From Adineta vaga (lineage: Eukaryota > Animalia > Rotifera), in the NCBI GenBank assembly GCA_021613535.1, contig CP075493.1:11532001-11596000 (forward strand): 64,000 nucleotides of DNA. Reading direction: 5' to 3'. Position numbers and translations under genes: made by a program. This document shows positions 11,920 to 25,996 of the stretch, one piece after another (position 1 is the first letter of the stretch; each line of letters opens with the position of its first letter). The notes beneath the pieces were generated by a model. It made no database searches, was not told where the DNA came from, and worked only from the letters and a program-made list of their open reading frames with translations.

Positions 11920-13565
11920 TCTAGTAATGATGTAAACTGGGAAATACGTGAAATAGAATGAACGTGACAAATGACGATGATGATTCGAGACTTGTTCTGT
12001 CATATTAAATAATTTACTCAAGCAGAATCCACAGTTGGTCTTACCGAAGTAGAAAGAAGTTTTATATGTCTCTTATTATCACATTCATTATTCAAAAAGG
12101 ATTTCAATATATCTGGTTTTGCACGTTTCTTTATAACGTAACATTTAACCTAGAAAATAGTGCCATACTATGATTGAAATGCATCAAGTAATTGAATATT
12201 TTTAATATTTAACTTTTAAATCTCAAGTTATTGAAATATACTTACATTGATTGGAATAATATCAATGATAGCAACCTTTTTATCCCATACTAAAAATAAA
12301 ATAACGAAACTAATTGAGTTTCATCGAAAAAAAAGATCGTTGATATAATCTTTATTGTCTTTTCTAAAGTTAGCATGTCAGCGGAGTAGGACCAATCTTA
12401 ATACAGATTATTTCGGTACCTCCTATAGAGTATGTCATTTCGACATGAAAAGAATGATTGTATAGTAATGTTCTCATCAAGAAGTATAACGAACCATCAA
12501 CTGATTAATATAGGCAGAGAAACTGTCATTATAACTCGTCAATAAAATCTTTTTTTTTGTGTTCGCCTGAAAACATTTATCTTTCATCTTCTGCATGTAA
12601 CTAATCCATGTTATAAATATTTTACGACAATTCTTTTTTTTTCGAGAAATATTTCATCAACTAATCATTCTATTGACGAATAATTATCATATGTATTGTC
12701 ATTGCAAAATAAATTCACAAATCTACATACAAAATTGGTACAATGTAGATTTCGTGTATTAAAAAAAAAACTTTTTTTCTTAATTCTTTGCATGCAAGAG
12801 ATACCGGAAGTAGGTTTATCTAGTCAAATAGCGTAACTTCTTCTTTTTACATTTTGTGCTTTATATTGACGTCAGAAAAGCATATAACTTTTAATCATAA
12901 TTTCAACATTATAAAAACTCTTTACGGTACGTAAACGATTCACCTCCTATTTTAATCAAATTTCAATATGGAATACACAATATTTTGATTGATATAGTTC
13001 ATATTCATATTCTCGAAATGATATTAACATTGAAACATAAACATCCGTATATAGAATAAAACTTTTAAAACGATAGAGCATAGTGATAACGATATACAAA
13101 GGTGTATATTACCTACTTCAATCGTTCTACTGTCCTTTCTGTTCAAAGCCATTATTAATAAATATCAATAAATAGGTATTTTATCGAGATTTGCCATTGT
13201 ATTGCTTCAGTTATGTAGAATTATTATTAATTTCTATCCCTAATAGGTAGTTTTTACTCTATCAACTAGGATCTAAGTCGGATAATAACAGTTGATCTCA
13301 ATATAGGAAGAGGATAATCTGATAAAAAAATGCGATTATTCGCTTGAATCGTGTTCGTATTCATTTTGTGCGTGCAGATATTATTCTTGTCAGCTAATGA
13401 AGTGACCCCGAATTTTCTTGGTAATTTCAATATAAATCCATCTATATTATTTTATCCTAACCAGTAGATTTAATTATCAAAGTTGCATGCTTACTAAAAT
13501 CCATTAAGTTCATTATAACAGTGTCAATTTATCACAATACTAATATTCTATGCAACTGTAAAAAT

Positions 13566-14570
13566 ATGTCCACATCTTTATCATCGTCGGACGTCGATCT
13601 TATCATCTTATTGAACAATCTTTCTACTCAATTCAATCGTTATTTATCAGTATTGATTTTTGTTTTTGGATCTATTGGTAATCTTTTGAATATATTGATT
13701 CTTTCTCAACGTCCGCTTCTTTTAAATCCTTGTTTACGATTCTTTCTTGTCTCATCCATTGCATATTTCATTAGTCTTCTTAGTGGTCTCATTTCTCGAT
13801 TTTTATCTACTTGGAATGCTGATCTTACGAGTACAAATGACTTTCTTTGTAAGCTTCGTGCTTTTATTTTTTTTAATTCATCAACAATTGCTCTATGGCT
13901 AATCACGTTAGCTACTATTGATCGATGGCTTTCTTCAAGTATCAATGTGCATCGTCGACAAAAAAGTACATTGAAAAATGCTCAACGTGGTATAATTGGT
14001 ATTATTATTCTCTCGAGTATTTTTCAAATACAACAATTCTTCTGTTTTGAAGCTAATCTCACCGATGGTCCAGTAAAATGTTATGTAAAAACAGTAACAT
14101 GTAGTATTCTATCAGATCTATCTTTCGCTTTGATTACTATTCTTAGTCCATTAGTACTTATGATTGTATTTGGTTTGATGATTATTTCGAATGTTCATCA
14201 TACACAAGCTCGTATACAACCAAGGATTATGACGATTGATAATAATGATCAAAGTACTGAACATCAATGTCGAAAAAGAAAGACAGATCGTCATTTGTTG
14301 CTTATGCTTCTCGTTCAAGTTCTAGTTATTCTCATATGTACTCTGCCACTTGCCGTCTCAAAAATTCATAAAACATTCACACGAGATGTACCAAAATCAT
14401 CGTTACAAAACACAATTGAAAACCTGCTTCTTAACCTATTTTTTCTTCTCCTAAATGTTCCAGCTGGAATGCCATTCTTCATTAATATATTGACTGGAGG
14501 AAATGTATTTCGAAGAGCTTTGTTTAATCTGGCTCAACAATTAAGTCAAAAGTTAAGATGGTGGCATTGA
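13566..14570 (+). CDS. Orphan rhodopsin-like (class A) GPCR
   Basis: GN in TM1, LCK at the top of TM3, TIDRW, TM6 CTLP, TM7 PFFI; intronless. Confidence 0.9.
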   Translation: MSTSLSSSDVDLIILLNNLSTQFNRYLSVLIFVFGSIGNLLNILILSQRPLLLNPCLRFFLVSSIAYFISLLSGLISRFLSTWNADLTSTNDFLCKLRAFIFFNSSTIALWLITLATIDRWLSSSINVHRRQKSTLKNAQRGIIGIIILSSIFQIQQFFCFEANLTDGPVKCYVKTVTCSILSDLSFALITILSPLVLMIVFGLMIISNVHHTQARIQPRIMTIDNNDQSTEHQCRKRKTDRHLLLMLLVQVLVILICTLPLAVSKIHKTFTRDVPKSSLQNTIENLLLNLFFLLLNVPAGMPFFINILTGGNVFRRALFNLAQQLSQKLRWWH

Positions 14571-15285
14571 GGTGTGGACGAAAATTTACTTCCTTATGTC
14601 TTCAATCTCATCCTTTATCAATAAATTGATTTACCTAGTGTATGCCATTTCGTACTAATACATTTTAAAATAAAAATATATTCATTCAAAGTAAATTTGA
14701 ACATTTATCGAATCAGTGGAAAATTTGTGATTACTCAAAAAAATTTCCAAGAACTGAATATCAGACTGTGGGTACAATGAAACTGATTTCATAGTTATTC
14801 ATGAAATAGTTAATTTTGAATAGAATCATTCTGAGAAAGAAAACAGCTGAGAAATTTTTACTGTCATTATTGTTGTGCAATATTTTCTATGACTAGTGAC
14901 TCGTTTAGATAAAGATTTCATGAAAATCTAGATGCGATGTATAACGATATATAAATAGGATAAAATGTGATTTTTCATTTACAATGACAATTATTCCAAT
15001 GAATAATATAGTAAAGATGTATTCTTTCTTTTTTATTATGTTTTTCGTTGTAACATGTAATGGGAATTTAAACTTACCACCGAACACGATTAAAATTCCT
15101 TCAAATCGAACGTATGACAATTTTTCATTTTCACAAGTTACTCAAGCTGGAATTGTTTTGTTCAGATGATTACAAATGTATTATTTGTATCAATACTTAG
15201 TTCGAAATAAACAAAAAGATTAAATAAAAACGCAGACTAAGAAAATAATTTAATAGTGTGAAAATCCTATTTTGTTTAAAAAAAT

Positions 15286-17396
15286 TTAATTTGTTTCGGA
15301 TGATATCATCAATAATTTCAGTTGTGTAACTACAACCATCGTATTAGCATCTTCAATGAATTCATGAGTTGGTGGTAAAGATTTGCGGAAGATGTGAGTG
15401 CTTGTTTATAACAAGCGAGCGCAGAGACGTAGTCGTGTTTATGGTAGAAAGCTCCACCGATGGCTTTGAAAATGACTCCAATATCTGGATGATTTTCCGG
15501 TAAAGACTTCTGATCAATTTTTAAAGCTCGTTTGTAGAATCGAAGTGCTATATCATATTGTTCAAGAGCATCATAGACATAACCAATATAGCCTAAGTTT
15601 TCTGCAATATCAGGATGATTTTCTGGTAAAGCTTTCGTATAAATTGCATGAGCTTTCGTGAAATTTTCCAATGCTAGACTATATTTTTTGAGGCGATAAT
15701 GTACAAATCCAAGATCACGATAGCTTTGCGCTAATTCAGCATCGTTACTATCTAGACATTTCAATCTCATATTTAAACCAGTATTGATATATTCAAGAGC
15801 TTGACTACAATCACCTAATCTTCTATAGGTCACTCCAACTTGATTATAACTTGATGCTAAATGTGGATCAATACCAATCAGAAATTTCTTCTTAATTTCC
15901 AAAGCTTTGAGATGATGAGCGAGTGCTTCAGGATAACTATCTTGTTCGATTGCAACGTTACCTAGTCCGAAATAACAACTAGCAGCAGACAAATCAACTG
16001 TTGATAGTTCACTTAAGATACGATTATAAAATTGTTTAGCTTTATCAAAATCTCCCATTTTAAATAGAATATCTCCTAAAGAAACAGCATTTGTCATACC
16101 TTTACCAATTTTCTCTTTCTGATATGTAAACAAATCTTTTAAATCATGATCATTTTCATTACATAATACTATCTTGGCAATCCACACATGTTCATCTTGA
16201 CTATGATCGACACTAAGTATTCTAAACACCGATCCAAGCATGAAAATAATTTCTTCTTCATCTTGAAAATAACTTAATTTTGTTACATCAGCAAATGGTT
16301 TTGTCGATAAATGAATATCAACTTGAATATCGAATAGGATTTGTCTAGTACTATCCGTTGATACTGCACAATTAATGAATTCAAGAGCTTTCTTTCGATT
16401 TCGACTAGTTGAAAAGAAAGAATTCATCGAAATAAATTCTCCAATACTTTTGTGCATCCGATTAAATTCATCCATAGAAATTATTTGTCCTCGATACACT
16501 TGGATGACTTGACCTGCTAATGAACGTTTAAATTTTTGATGTTCTTCACTAAGATTTTCAAACATATCTTTGATGAAGAAACGAAAAGCAAATAATGCAT
16601 CTATATTTTGAATTCGTAAAGCTTTGTTTAAAAGTCGGTATAAGCAACATTCTCTTGTATACCACCAAATAGCTTTTGAACGATCATATTTGTTTTCAAA
16701 TTCACGAATAATAGTCAACTCCGTTGGATTATTCTGATATTGTTTTTTGCAAACATTAATTAATTCCTTTTTTGCTGCTGAATTATGTTGCATACAAATT
16801 AATACTTCAATAAGTAATTGAAACCACATGAATGATCCGTTTTCAGATTTGAGATTTTTATGCGTATATTCCTTGTCTGATCGATTAAAAATTGATATTG
16901 CCGCAGAATCTTCATTTTTTTCTCGAAATTCTTGATCTTTTTTAATACATTTGATGAGTTCATCTAACTTGGTGAAAACACCTTTTACCTATATGATCAT
17001 AATAATTCAATAACTAACACATAATTGTTATCATTATAGACATACCTTGGAATATTTATCTGCCCATAGTTTGTTGGCAGCTCTATCGAAACAGTACACA
17101 TAGATGCAATTTAACTGAGGCAAATCATGCCAACGTGGTACTACTTCTCGTCCAAGTCGTCCAGATACAATGAGCACAACTTTTTCAATCGTAATAGTTT
17201 TTATATTCTCTTCACACGCATCTGCTTCATCAAATAATTGTAGAAAATTAATTGCTTCTCTTAATTTAACTTGTGAATCAATATTGTCTTTCGTTTTATG
17301 AACATTGGCATCAAGCCATATCAATGAAAATGCTTCAAGATTGGTCGATGTCGATGCCTGTTCAAATGATGGCATTGTCTTTTCATCCGTGATCAT
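15286..17396 (-). CDS. Receiver-like - NAD:arginine ADP-ribosyltransferase (R-S-E) - TPR protein, with a 1-bp frameshift in the last TPR
   Basis: Exon 1 LIWLD...VLIVSG...IYVYC; intron ~16990-17045; ART motifs VYRGQ, FFSTS, DEEEII; kinesin-light-chain-type TPRs (LPENHPDIA). Restoring one base at ~15394 gives ...LTIFRKSLPPTHEF...ETN* ending at 15286. Confidence 0.85.
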
Positions 17397-18675
17397 ACTG
17401 CTGCTTATTGTTGATGTCAGGGAATGATTTTTCAAAAGTTGACTCTTTGCATTATACCTTTAAAACAGTTATGTGTAAAGTTGTCAAAGAATTACGTCCT
17501 TACTCATGCCATGAAATACTTTCGATGCCATTATCAAAGCATGCTAATGTTTTTCCATGGCAAACTTGACAATAAAATAAACCATTATCTTCAACCACGT
17601 CTGTTTTGCTTAGCTGTTTTTTGCAGATATCTAAATATTTAAAGTAAAATGAAATTTGCTTTCGTCTATTATTCTTGGATATCATAATAATAAATACATA
17701 CCACACTTAAGACATAGTTTATGAAATTTTGTATTGCCAAGCGTTAATCCATCATGAGAAGATATTTCTTTCTTACATCTCGCACATTTATATGACGATG
17801 TATCACTTAATGACTTAGTGAATGAGGCCATTCTAATTCGACGTTAGAATACTTCTAAAAAACACAAATTCACTAGACATGCAAAATATCATCTTGACGA
17901 TGTGTATGGTATTGGGGATGTTCATTAAAACGAGACTGAAAGCGGTACAAGATTTATGATGCTATGGAAAAATATTAAATATTAAAAATTCAGTTTTTCA
18001 CGAACCTCTCGTGGTAAATCCTAATTTGTGCAAGTTGCCGACAATAGAGAAACATCTTCTAAAGCTTCTGTCATAGAAGCAAATATTCGAATGTGGGTTC
18101 ATTATGCGAAGAAAGTGCTGACGGCGCAATAATGTTCGCACATAATCTCGTCCATATTCTCACTCATCTTTTTAAAAAGCTAACTACACTCTTATTATGA
18201 GCAGTATGAAGTGATGTATTGCATAGCGATGACGAAGGCACCCTTTCTTTTTCTTTTAATAGTGCATAATAACAAAGAATTCTCTTTCGCTTACTCGTGG
18301 TCGAAAAAGGTGCTTTTGTCTGTCAACAAGAAGGGATGACTTTTTAAAGAGATTCTTTCAAGATTGTTTTATTTTCAGCGAAAAAGAGAAAACAACGATA
18401 AAGAAAACGGTAGTAAGACATTATATATATATATATATGATTATAACGTATTTTTAGAAGTAAAATAATGTTTGAAAGTAATTCTTTTATCTGATGATCG
18501 ATGAGAACTGTTTGAAAATGTGTGTTATATCATTGCAAATGTCGCTTCTTTGCCATTCAAGGTGTAAGCCGATGGTTGATCGCCGGTAGCGACTGCAAAT
18601 TCTAAAACTCAATATTTGCATACAGAATAAAGAAAAATGATAATAGGAAATACACTGGTACGATCTTGAATAAGC

Positions 18676-18717
18676 AGGGTGTGGGTGGGTGCCTCTATCC
18701 ATCCACACCCACACCCT
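18676..18717. repeat. Short inverted element with telomere-like termini (copy 2)
   Basis: AGGGTGTGGGTGGGTGCCTCTATCCATCCACACCCACACCCT. Confidence 0.75.
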
Positions 18718-19343
18718 CTACATTTTGTCGTATATTTTACGCAGAAATCATTTCTATATTTTTCTCAAAGTAATTTGAATGAATCACAAACGTTTTCTGC
18801 AGCTAAATAGATTATAAAAGTATCTAAGTCAAAATGACGAGTATTCGCTTTTTGGACTGTTACTTTTTTTCTAAAAGCGTCTATTGTTGAACATTGTCAA
18901 TAATTGATCAACAGACTATCAATGCATCTCTTCAATTAACAAATTGAATAAGAAGTTTCCATTAATCTGGCATACATTGTAGGTAATTAAAAGTGCACAT
19001 TAGAATATGAATTTGCTTCATAATACAATCAATCATGTCAAAAAATCTTTCCTTCAATATGTATATATATATGTTGAAAAGAGAAGAGTATAAAACACAA
19101 AACAATTGCTATTCGAACATCAATTCAATCCAGATTGTATAATACTAAGTCATTAAAACAAACAGATACTATGTCTCTCAAATGCATTCAAGTGGAGAAA
19201 GAAATGAAAGAAAGAGAAAAAAGAGAAAGAACGCAATAAATATAACCTATTTGAAACGTAATTTCGGCACAAAATTGTGTGTGTGACGAGGCAAAAAGAT
19301 AGTATTACTCACATAAAATACAATACATTTATCATTCGTAAGC

Positions 19344-20411
19344 ATGACATCGACAAATTTTGGTGCAAAAACCACAGCACTTGAAGTCATCAAAGGACTC
19401 AATGCTAAACTTGATGATAAAGTTGTAATTGTGACTGGTGCAACATCAGGTAAAATCAATTGATAAAAATAGTTATCCATAAATAAATCTCATCATTTCA
19501 AGGTATTGGTATTGAAACAGCTCGAGCATTAGCAGTTGCCAATGCTCATGTGTTTATCACTGCCCGAGATATGAATAGAGGGGCACAAGTCGTTGAAGAT
19601 ATTAAGAAAACAACAGGCAATACTAAAGTAGAAGTGTTAGAGCTTGATCTTACTTCATTGAAATCTGTTCGAACTTTTGTTGATCAATTTCGAGCACGCA
19701 AACTTCCAATTAATATTCTGATCTGTATGTTCATATTCAACAGGTACCTTAAATCATTGCATTCATATTTATTATTCAATAGGTAATGCTGGTATTATGG
19801 CATGTCCATATGCAAAGACAGTAGATGGATTTGAATCACAATTTGGTGTCAATCATCTTGCCCATTTTCTTCTAGCTACATCGCTTTTACCTGAACTCAA
19901 ACCAGGTAAACCATCACGTGTTGTCATGGTTACTTCAGTGGTCAGTAAATTTTACGGTATTAATTTTGATGATATTAATTGGGAGAAAACCTACGACAAA
20001 TGGCTTGCTTATGGTCAAAGTAAAACGGCCAATATTCTTTGTGCCAGACAATTCAACAAATTGTATGCTTCAGAAGGAGTTCAAGCATTCTCTGTACATC
20101 CAGGTGGAATTATGACAAACTTACAAAAGGATGTATCGCTTGAAGAACAACGAGCAATGGGATTTTATAACGAAGATGGTACGGTAGTGGATAGTTTCAA
20201 AAATGTTGAACAAGGAGCATCAACCAGCGTATATGCTGCTTTAGCACCTGAACTTGATGGTTATGGTGGAGAATATCTTGAAGATTGTGCAGTCAATCGA
20301 GACATAAATGAAGACAAAAAAAGCTATTCAGGCATAGCACCACATGCAATGGATATGAAAGCAGCTGAACGTCTCTGGGCTCTAAGTGAACAGATGGTCG
20401 CAGCTAAATGA
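19344..20411 (+). CDS. Short-chain dehydrogenase/reductase, retinol dehydrogenase/WWOX-like
   Basis: Three exons; TGATS|GIG, C|NAG, FESQFGVNHLAHF, YGQSK catalytic motif, VHPGGI. Confidence 0.92.
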
Positions 20412-21601
20412 AATTAAAGCTAAAAATCAGCAATTTCTATGAACTGTAACAAGACCAAATAATAACTAAGAATTCTTGTAGAAAAGTTTATAGTGATTCC
20501 GATTAATTAATATTATTATATTCACAAACCTATTTAATATTAGATCATCTTAGTATTCGTTTGATTAAAATATTAATTTAGAATACAGTAATAAATTTTC
20601 ATGTCAAAAAAATACTCAACATAGCAATTATTTTTTTCATCTTAGTAGCTGCTGTCTTCGTGAGTACTCGATAAGTTCATTGAGGAATACAAACAAATAA
20701 CGTTAATTATCATGCTAGTTTACGACTTTGCATCTTAGTTCATTTATTTGGATGTGTCTAGTCTTTTTTACGATCAACTAAAAATAAGTATATAAATATC
20801 GTTGAATTTTATTCAAAATATTTTCTTTCTAATCTATTGACAATCGGTTTTTGTCATGTAACATTCACCGATGCACCTAACAATTGAGAGGAAGTAGATA
20901 ACATCAATATCTGATGATACTGTACATCCTTCCCCTATATTCTAGTCGATTAATTATCATTTTCATAGTACTATATTAAGACGCATAGGATGAAAAGCTG
21001 TCAAAGTAAATTCTGATTCATTTTCACTAAATAAATAAGCACCAGCATCACTCATGACTTTTATCGTATCGCTATATTCGTGGTTAAAATCATACTGATT
21101 AACATGTACGAGAATGCATGATGCTATTATTTTTAGATTCAATTACAGACCAACACTCTCACGATATATATATATATATGTCACAGAAGTATTATTAACT
21201 GAACCACTGCGCCATCTTTTTCTTCCTCTAGATTGGATGAATAAAATAAATCGAATTACGTTATGTAGTAAACAGACGACATTTCAACTTCCTCTCCTCT
21301 GTGCATGTCAAATATAGACAGATTTATCATAGAGTTGTCTTCCTAATTATTTGTGAATACATCGCAAAGTACAGAACGATAAAAAAAACGTTCATTTTTT
21401 TTCCTCTTCTCACTCGTTGAAGATGATTGTAAGTAGAGAACTACACTCGGTGACCGTTCTGAAAAAAAATAGAAAGAAAAGGAAGAAAGAAAGAAAAAAA
21501 GGGGAATAGTATCGCTCTCTTCATGCTATAATCACACGTGCTTGGTTTTAGAACACTAGTTTCATCACTATATATTTTTTCCTTCGGCTTGTATTATTAC
21601 A

Positions 21602-22597
21602 ATGGGTGGTCGTAGTTCGAAAAAGCCATTTTCCGAATGGGACTTAGTGCGATTCAGTGATGTTACGGGTAAATATTGAACTTCTCTCCAAGCAATTATG
21701 AATGAATAAATTTATTAATAAGCTTAGGTGTACCTCTATCAATCGTAGAAAAGATTCATAAAGAATTTGAAACTACCACAGGAAACGATAACAAAATGGA
21801 TAAGAGAGAATTTCGTCATTTATATAAGAAAATGTACGTTAATACTCAATCGAGTAGTCTTCCCAGTGCGCTTCCTCCTATGTTCAGTGAAGATGAACTG
21901 AATAGAATGGCAGATTATGTATTTGAAACTTACGATTTCGATGAAACAGGTAAAATCAATATTTCTTCTCATGTTTAAGTGTTTCATTAAATTTTTTTCA
22001 AATATACAATTCAGGACTGTTAACATTCGAAGGTAAATTAAAAATCAACTGACGTTAGTTATAAAATGGAATCTCTATGTTTTGTCAATAGAATTTGCTG
22101 AAGCATATTTAATGCTAATTCATCATGTGGGTATAACACCAAATGGTATTACATTTCGTGATCGATTCAATTACGTTTTGGATCAAGATAATACAACATC
22201 TGGTAAAGATGTTACCTATTCTTAATGTTATTTTATTATATATCTACAAAGGATTTATAACACGTGAACAAGGTGAACGGGTATTCAATCGTTTAAATAA
22301 ATATAATAAGTTGTTATTTTTAATTGTATTATTTGAATTAATCAAGTTCTTATTTTAGTTGGATGAAATCGAAAACGAACGCATCGAATGATTCGTGGAC
22401 ACCAGCCACTGTCAAATGGGATTCTCATTGGGGTAAACTTGATGATGGAAGTAATCGGTAAATATTTTGAGTTTTGCCTTTTTCTATATGTATTATTCAT
22501 ATGATTGTATTTTTTCAGTGTACCAAAAGAGAAATTTATTGATTATATTACTACTTCAAATGATTACAAACATCATTTCGATCCTGCTACGATTTGA
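21602..22597 (+). CDS. N-myristoylated EF-hand protein (neuronal calcium sensor/recoverin-like)
   Basis: MGGRSSK myristoylation-type start; EF-hand loops DFDETG and DQDNNTSG; several short GT-AG introns; last exon VPKEKFIDYITTSNDYKHHFDPATI*. Confidence 0.7.
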
Positions 22598-23122
22598 ATT
22601 GAAATATATAGCTGGAAAATCAGTATTTGATGGGACTTTTCTCGGGCTCTCTACTCTTTTATGTTCTAATTAGTTTATTTTTAATCTAGCTAAAATAAAA
22701 CATATCTCTACGTAAATTTGAAGAAGCCACATATAGACAAATGAAATAAGCATGACTATACCACTTTGAAGTTGAATTAAACTAATTGTACATTCCGATT
22801 TTTGACGTATTCCTTACGTACATAAAGTCTACTTTTACAACAAATAATTTTGGTGAAATAACAACGCACACAAATGTTTACAGAGATGCATGAGCAAACA
22901 AATTGAACAATACGTATGAGTCGTGTGAATACGATTGAAACCGATCAGAAATTGTTTTATTTTGATAAAACTATTAGTTCACCAGATAGTATTAAGGATA
23001 TGAAAGCAAAAAGTTATCTTTTTGTAATGCTTTTCATTCACTCATGTATAATTGATGCGCAAGTAAAGAACGAAATATTTGATTTCTGGATTAGATATAG
23101 AAAAATATTTAAATATCAACGA

Positions 23123-24458
23123 TTATTTACGCTTGGTGATTGTTGAAAGATCATCAATGATTGCCAAAGACATCACAGGTTTATGCCATCCATCACGACT
23201 TTCAAAACCATGAAATCCACCAACTACATAGCATGTCTTTTTTTCATTTGTATATTCACTTTCGAATTCAACTGGAGAAATCACAGAATCTAATCGAACT
23301 TTATCTATATTGCATGATGTGTTCTCATGAAGACCATAACAAAGTTGAAGAAACCAACCTGTTAGTTTTGTCCACCTTCTACAAAAAAGAGATATATAAC
23401 GGTGTTATTCTATCTATATTCAATATGATATAACTAACCCGGATCCACGACCAACGTGTTCAATATCAAAAATTTTATCCCAGAACTTATTGTCTACCTT
23501 GCCTTTATAAGTTTGAACGAATTGATCAAGTATTGGTAAAACGCCCTTGATATAAGTGAAGAATGCATCTTCAGATGTTGTAAAAGCTTGCAATCGTTCA
23601 GTTTTCTGTCGAAGAAGCAACCAATCATCGAGTGTACCCATGAAATGAACTTTTCGAATACCACACAACGTCATCATAAGACCATAATCGAAATATTTTT
23701 TGAATGTATTCATAATCGTTGCACAAGACAAGAGTGATTCAACTTTACCCGTCGTTGAATAATTGGACGTGAGAAGAGTGACAATGCTATTTTTAACATT
23801 TCGACCGATTTCAGTGCGCATGCTTTCAAGAAATGCATCCCAACTGTGCAAATACAACAACACAATTGCTTAATCGAAAGAAAATCTCATGATCAATTAC
23901 TTACTCAGGTTCTGGTTGCATTTGTTCAATCGTTAGTTTTATTTTTCCTTCATGATCAACAAAAAGGTTTCTCAGTTTTTCTGCATTATCATTGACATAT
24001 TTTGCAAAGTAAATCGTAATCATTAACCATAGATCACTAAAAAAAGTTACAAACTATATGAATTGCATTCTAGATACGAAAATGGATGAAACTTACTCAG
24101 GTGAAAGAACAATATCTTCATGTGAATTGTACGCAGTAAGATAAGCAGAAAACAATGCGTGGCTACCAGCGTGCGACGTATCTAGAATTTATCGATAATT
24201 TATATTTTTGATGAAGAAAAATGTTAAGCTGTATTACTGACACGGTCCATTGGTAATCATATGTTGCACTTTGAATCGATCAGGCTGAATGTGATCACCC
24301 CATCTGTTAGTAGAAAGATGTTCGATGACATCACGAACCCAATAATCTTGTTGAGGTAATTGCATGGGTTCTGTAGCATGATAGCGTTCCTCAATTTTTG
24401 GTAAATCACCACGAATGACGACTGTATGAAATTGTTCGTTTGAAATAGAAGCGCTCAT
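23123..24458 (-). CDS. DUF4419 family protein
   Basis: AYNSHEDIVLSP.DLWLMI, NYSTT, LCGIRKVHFMGTLDDW, GSG..LTGW motifs recalled for DUF4419; five exons. Confidence 0.75.
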
Positions 24459-24750
24459 GATTGTGTGCGTTTCACGAGAAAGAAAAGAAAAAAAACCGGA
24501 GGTAATGGTAGAGCATGTGATTAGATACGATAATTGCAAAGTTTCGTTATTGTATTGTGAAATCCTATTTATCTCACTTTTATTCATTCTGTTTTCTTTT
24601 ATAACACAGAACTACCTGTACTGACTCATAGAGCATATATTATTGTGCAAGTACTTGATTACGGTTGAATAAAAGAAAAAAAATGTATGTCGAGTGTAAA
24701 ATTTTATTTATTAAGAATCGGAGAAAAAGGGTTTTTTATTGGGTCGCAGA

Positions 24751-25902
24751 TTATAAAAAATTCATATGTTCAAGCAAATGAAGTATCTTTTTATCGAACC
24801 ATTTTTTGTATGGCATTGCATGAATCCATTCAACAGGCAATGCGTGATAACCATATCTTACACCGTACATCGTTCCACAAACGGCTCCATTGGTATCAGC
24901 ATCGCCACCATGTTGGATAAGATCATTTAAAGTTTCTAAGAAAGTTCGTTTCGATCTTAGACCATAGAAACCTGATGCTAAACATTTGTAAGTATAACCA
25001 ATGCTTTGTTCGTCATCTAAACGAAGATCATCCAGAGTTCGCTCTGAACTTGTATATCATAAAAATTCTTGTTGATATTGAGGAGAAAGTTGATCGCCAA
25101 GTGTATCTAATGTTTCCTGTTGTACACGAGTGATAAGCGATTCGATATCATTAATATTCGATGTTTGTAATACATAAGCAACAGCAAGACAGATTGCAAT
25201 ACATGAAGCAATACATCGAGGATCAAAATGAGTCGTCTGACCCATCCATATAGCCGTGGATTTAACCTAATAATATGAATAAAATAAAACGTAATATGTT
25301 TGACAAGTTTTATACTTCAATACTTTTTCAATATCGTTGTAATGGACAATACCTGACGCAGAACAACGCATAACGCTTCCATTTGGTGCAGCTTGTCGTC
25401 CACTCTGTTCCCATATTTTACGACTTGCTTCCAATGGATGTTCAAGATATTTATCCGAAATGATTACCTTTTATTTATACACGTAAATAAAAATTCATAG
25501 ATCATGAACAGATATTTTACCTGTGCTACATTGATTCCTAGACCAAGTCCTCCAAAATCATTTAATTCAGGAAAACCTTGTCGTACCCATAAGGACAATT
25601 TTCTTGCAAATATTATCGCATTACTGTTTGGTTCGATCAAAGTTTCCATAACTAATATCCATTGATCAGTATCATCCGTCCAATCGCCTCTTTCCCATCG
25701 ATGAGCATGAGGCGTTTGAATGTAATTTGGAAAAGGTATTAATTGATTAGTATCCGGATATAAATTCTGTAGATAAACCATAAGCATCACCGAGTGCTTG
25801 GCCATAGGCACAACCAAGTAAACGATCAAGAAAATCTCCTTCTTTGACATTTTTCATAACAGAATCGAGTAAATCTATATGGTCAGGAGGATAAGTAACC
25901 AT
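24751..25902 (-). pseudogene. ADP-ribosylglycohydrolase (ARH/DraG family), disrupted
   Basis: GCAYGQALGDAYG, GDWTDDTDQ, NGSVMR, THFDP, GGDADTNGAV motifs; frameshift after GLSTEF (~25765) and in-frame TGA at 25057-25059; two introns. Confidence 0.88.
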
Positions 25903-25996
25903 TGTTTTAATTATTTATTGTTATGTTATCTAAAATTATAGAAAAGAGAATAAAAGTTATGAATAAAAAATAAGTCACTGAAAAAAATGTCTCGTA

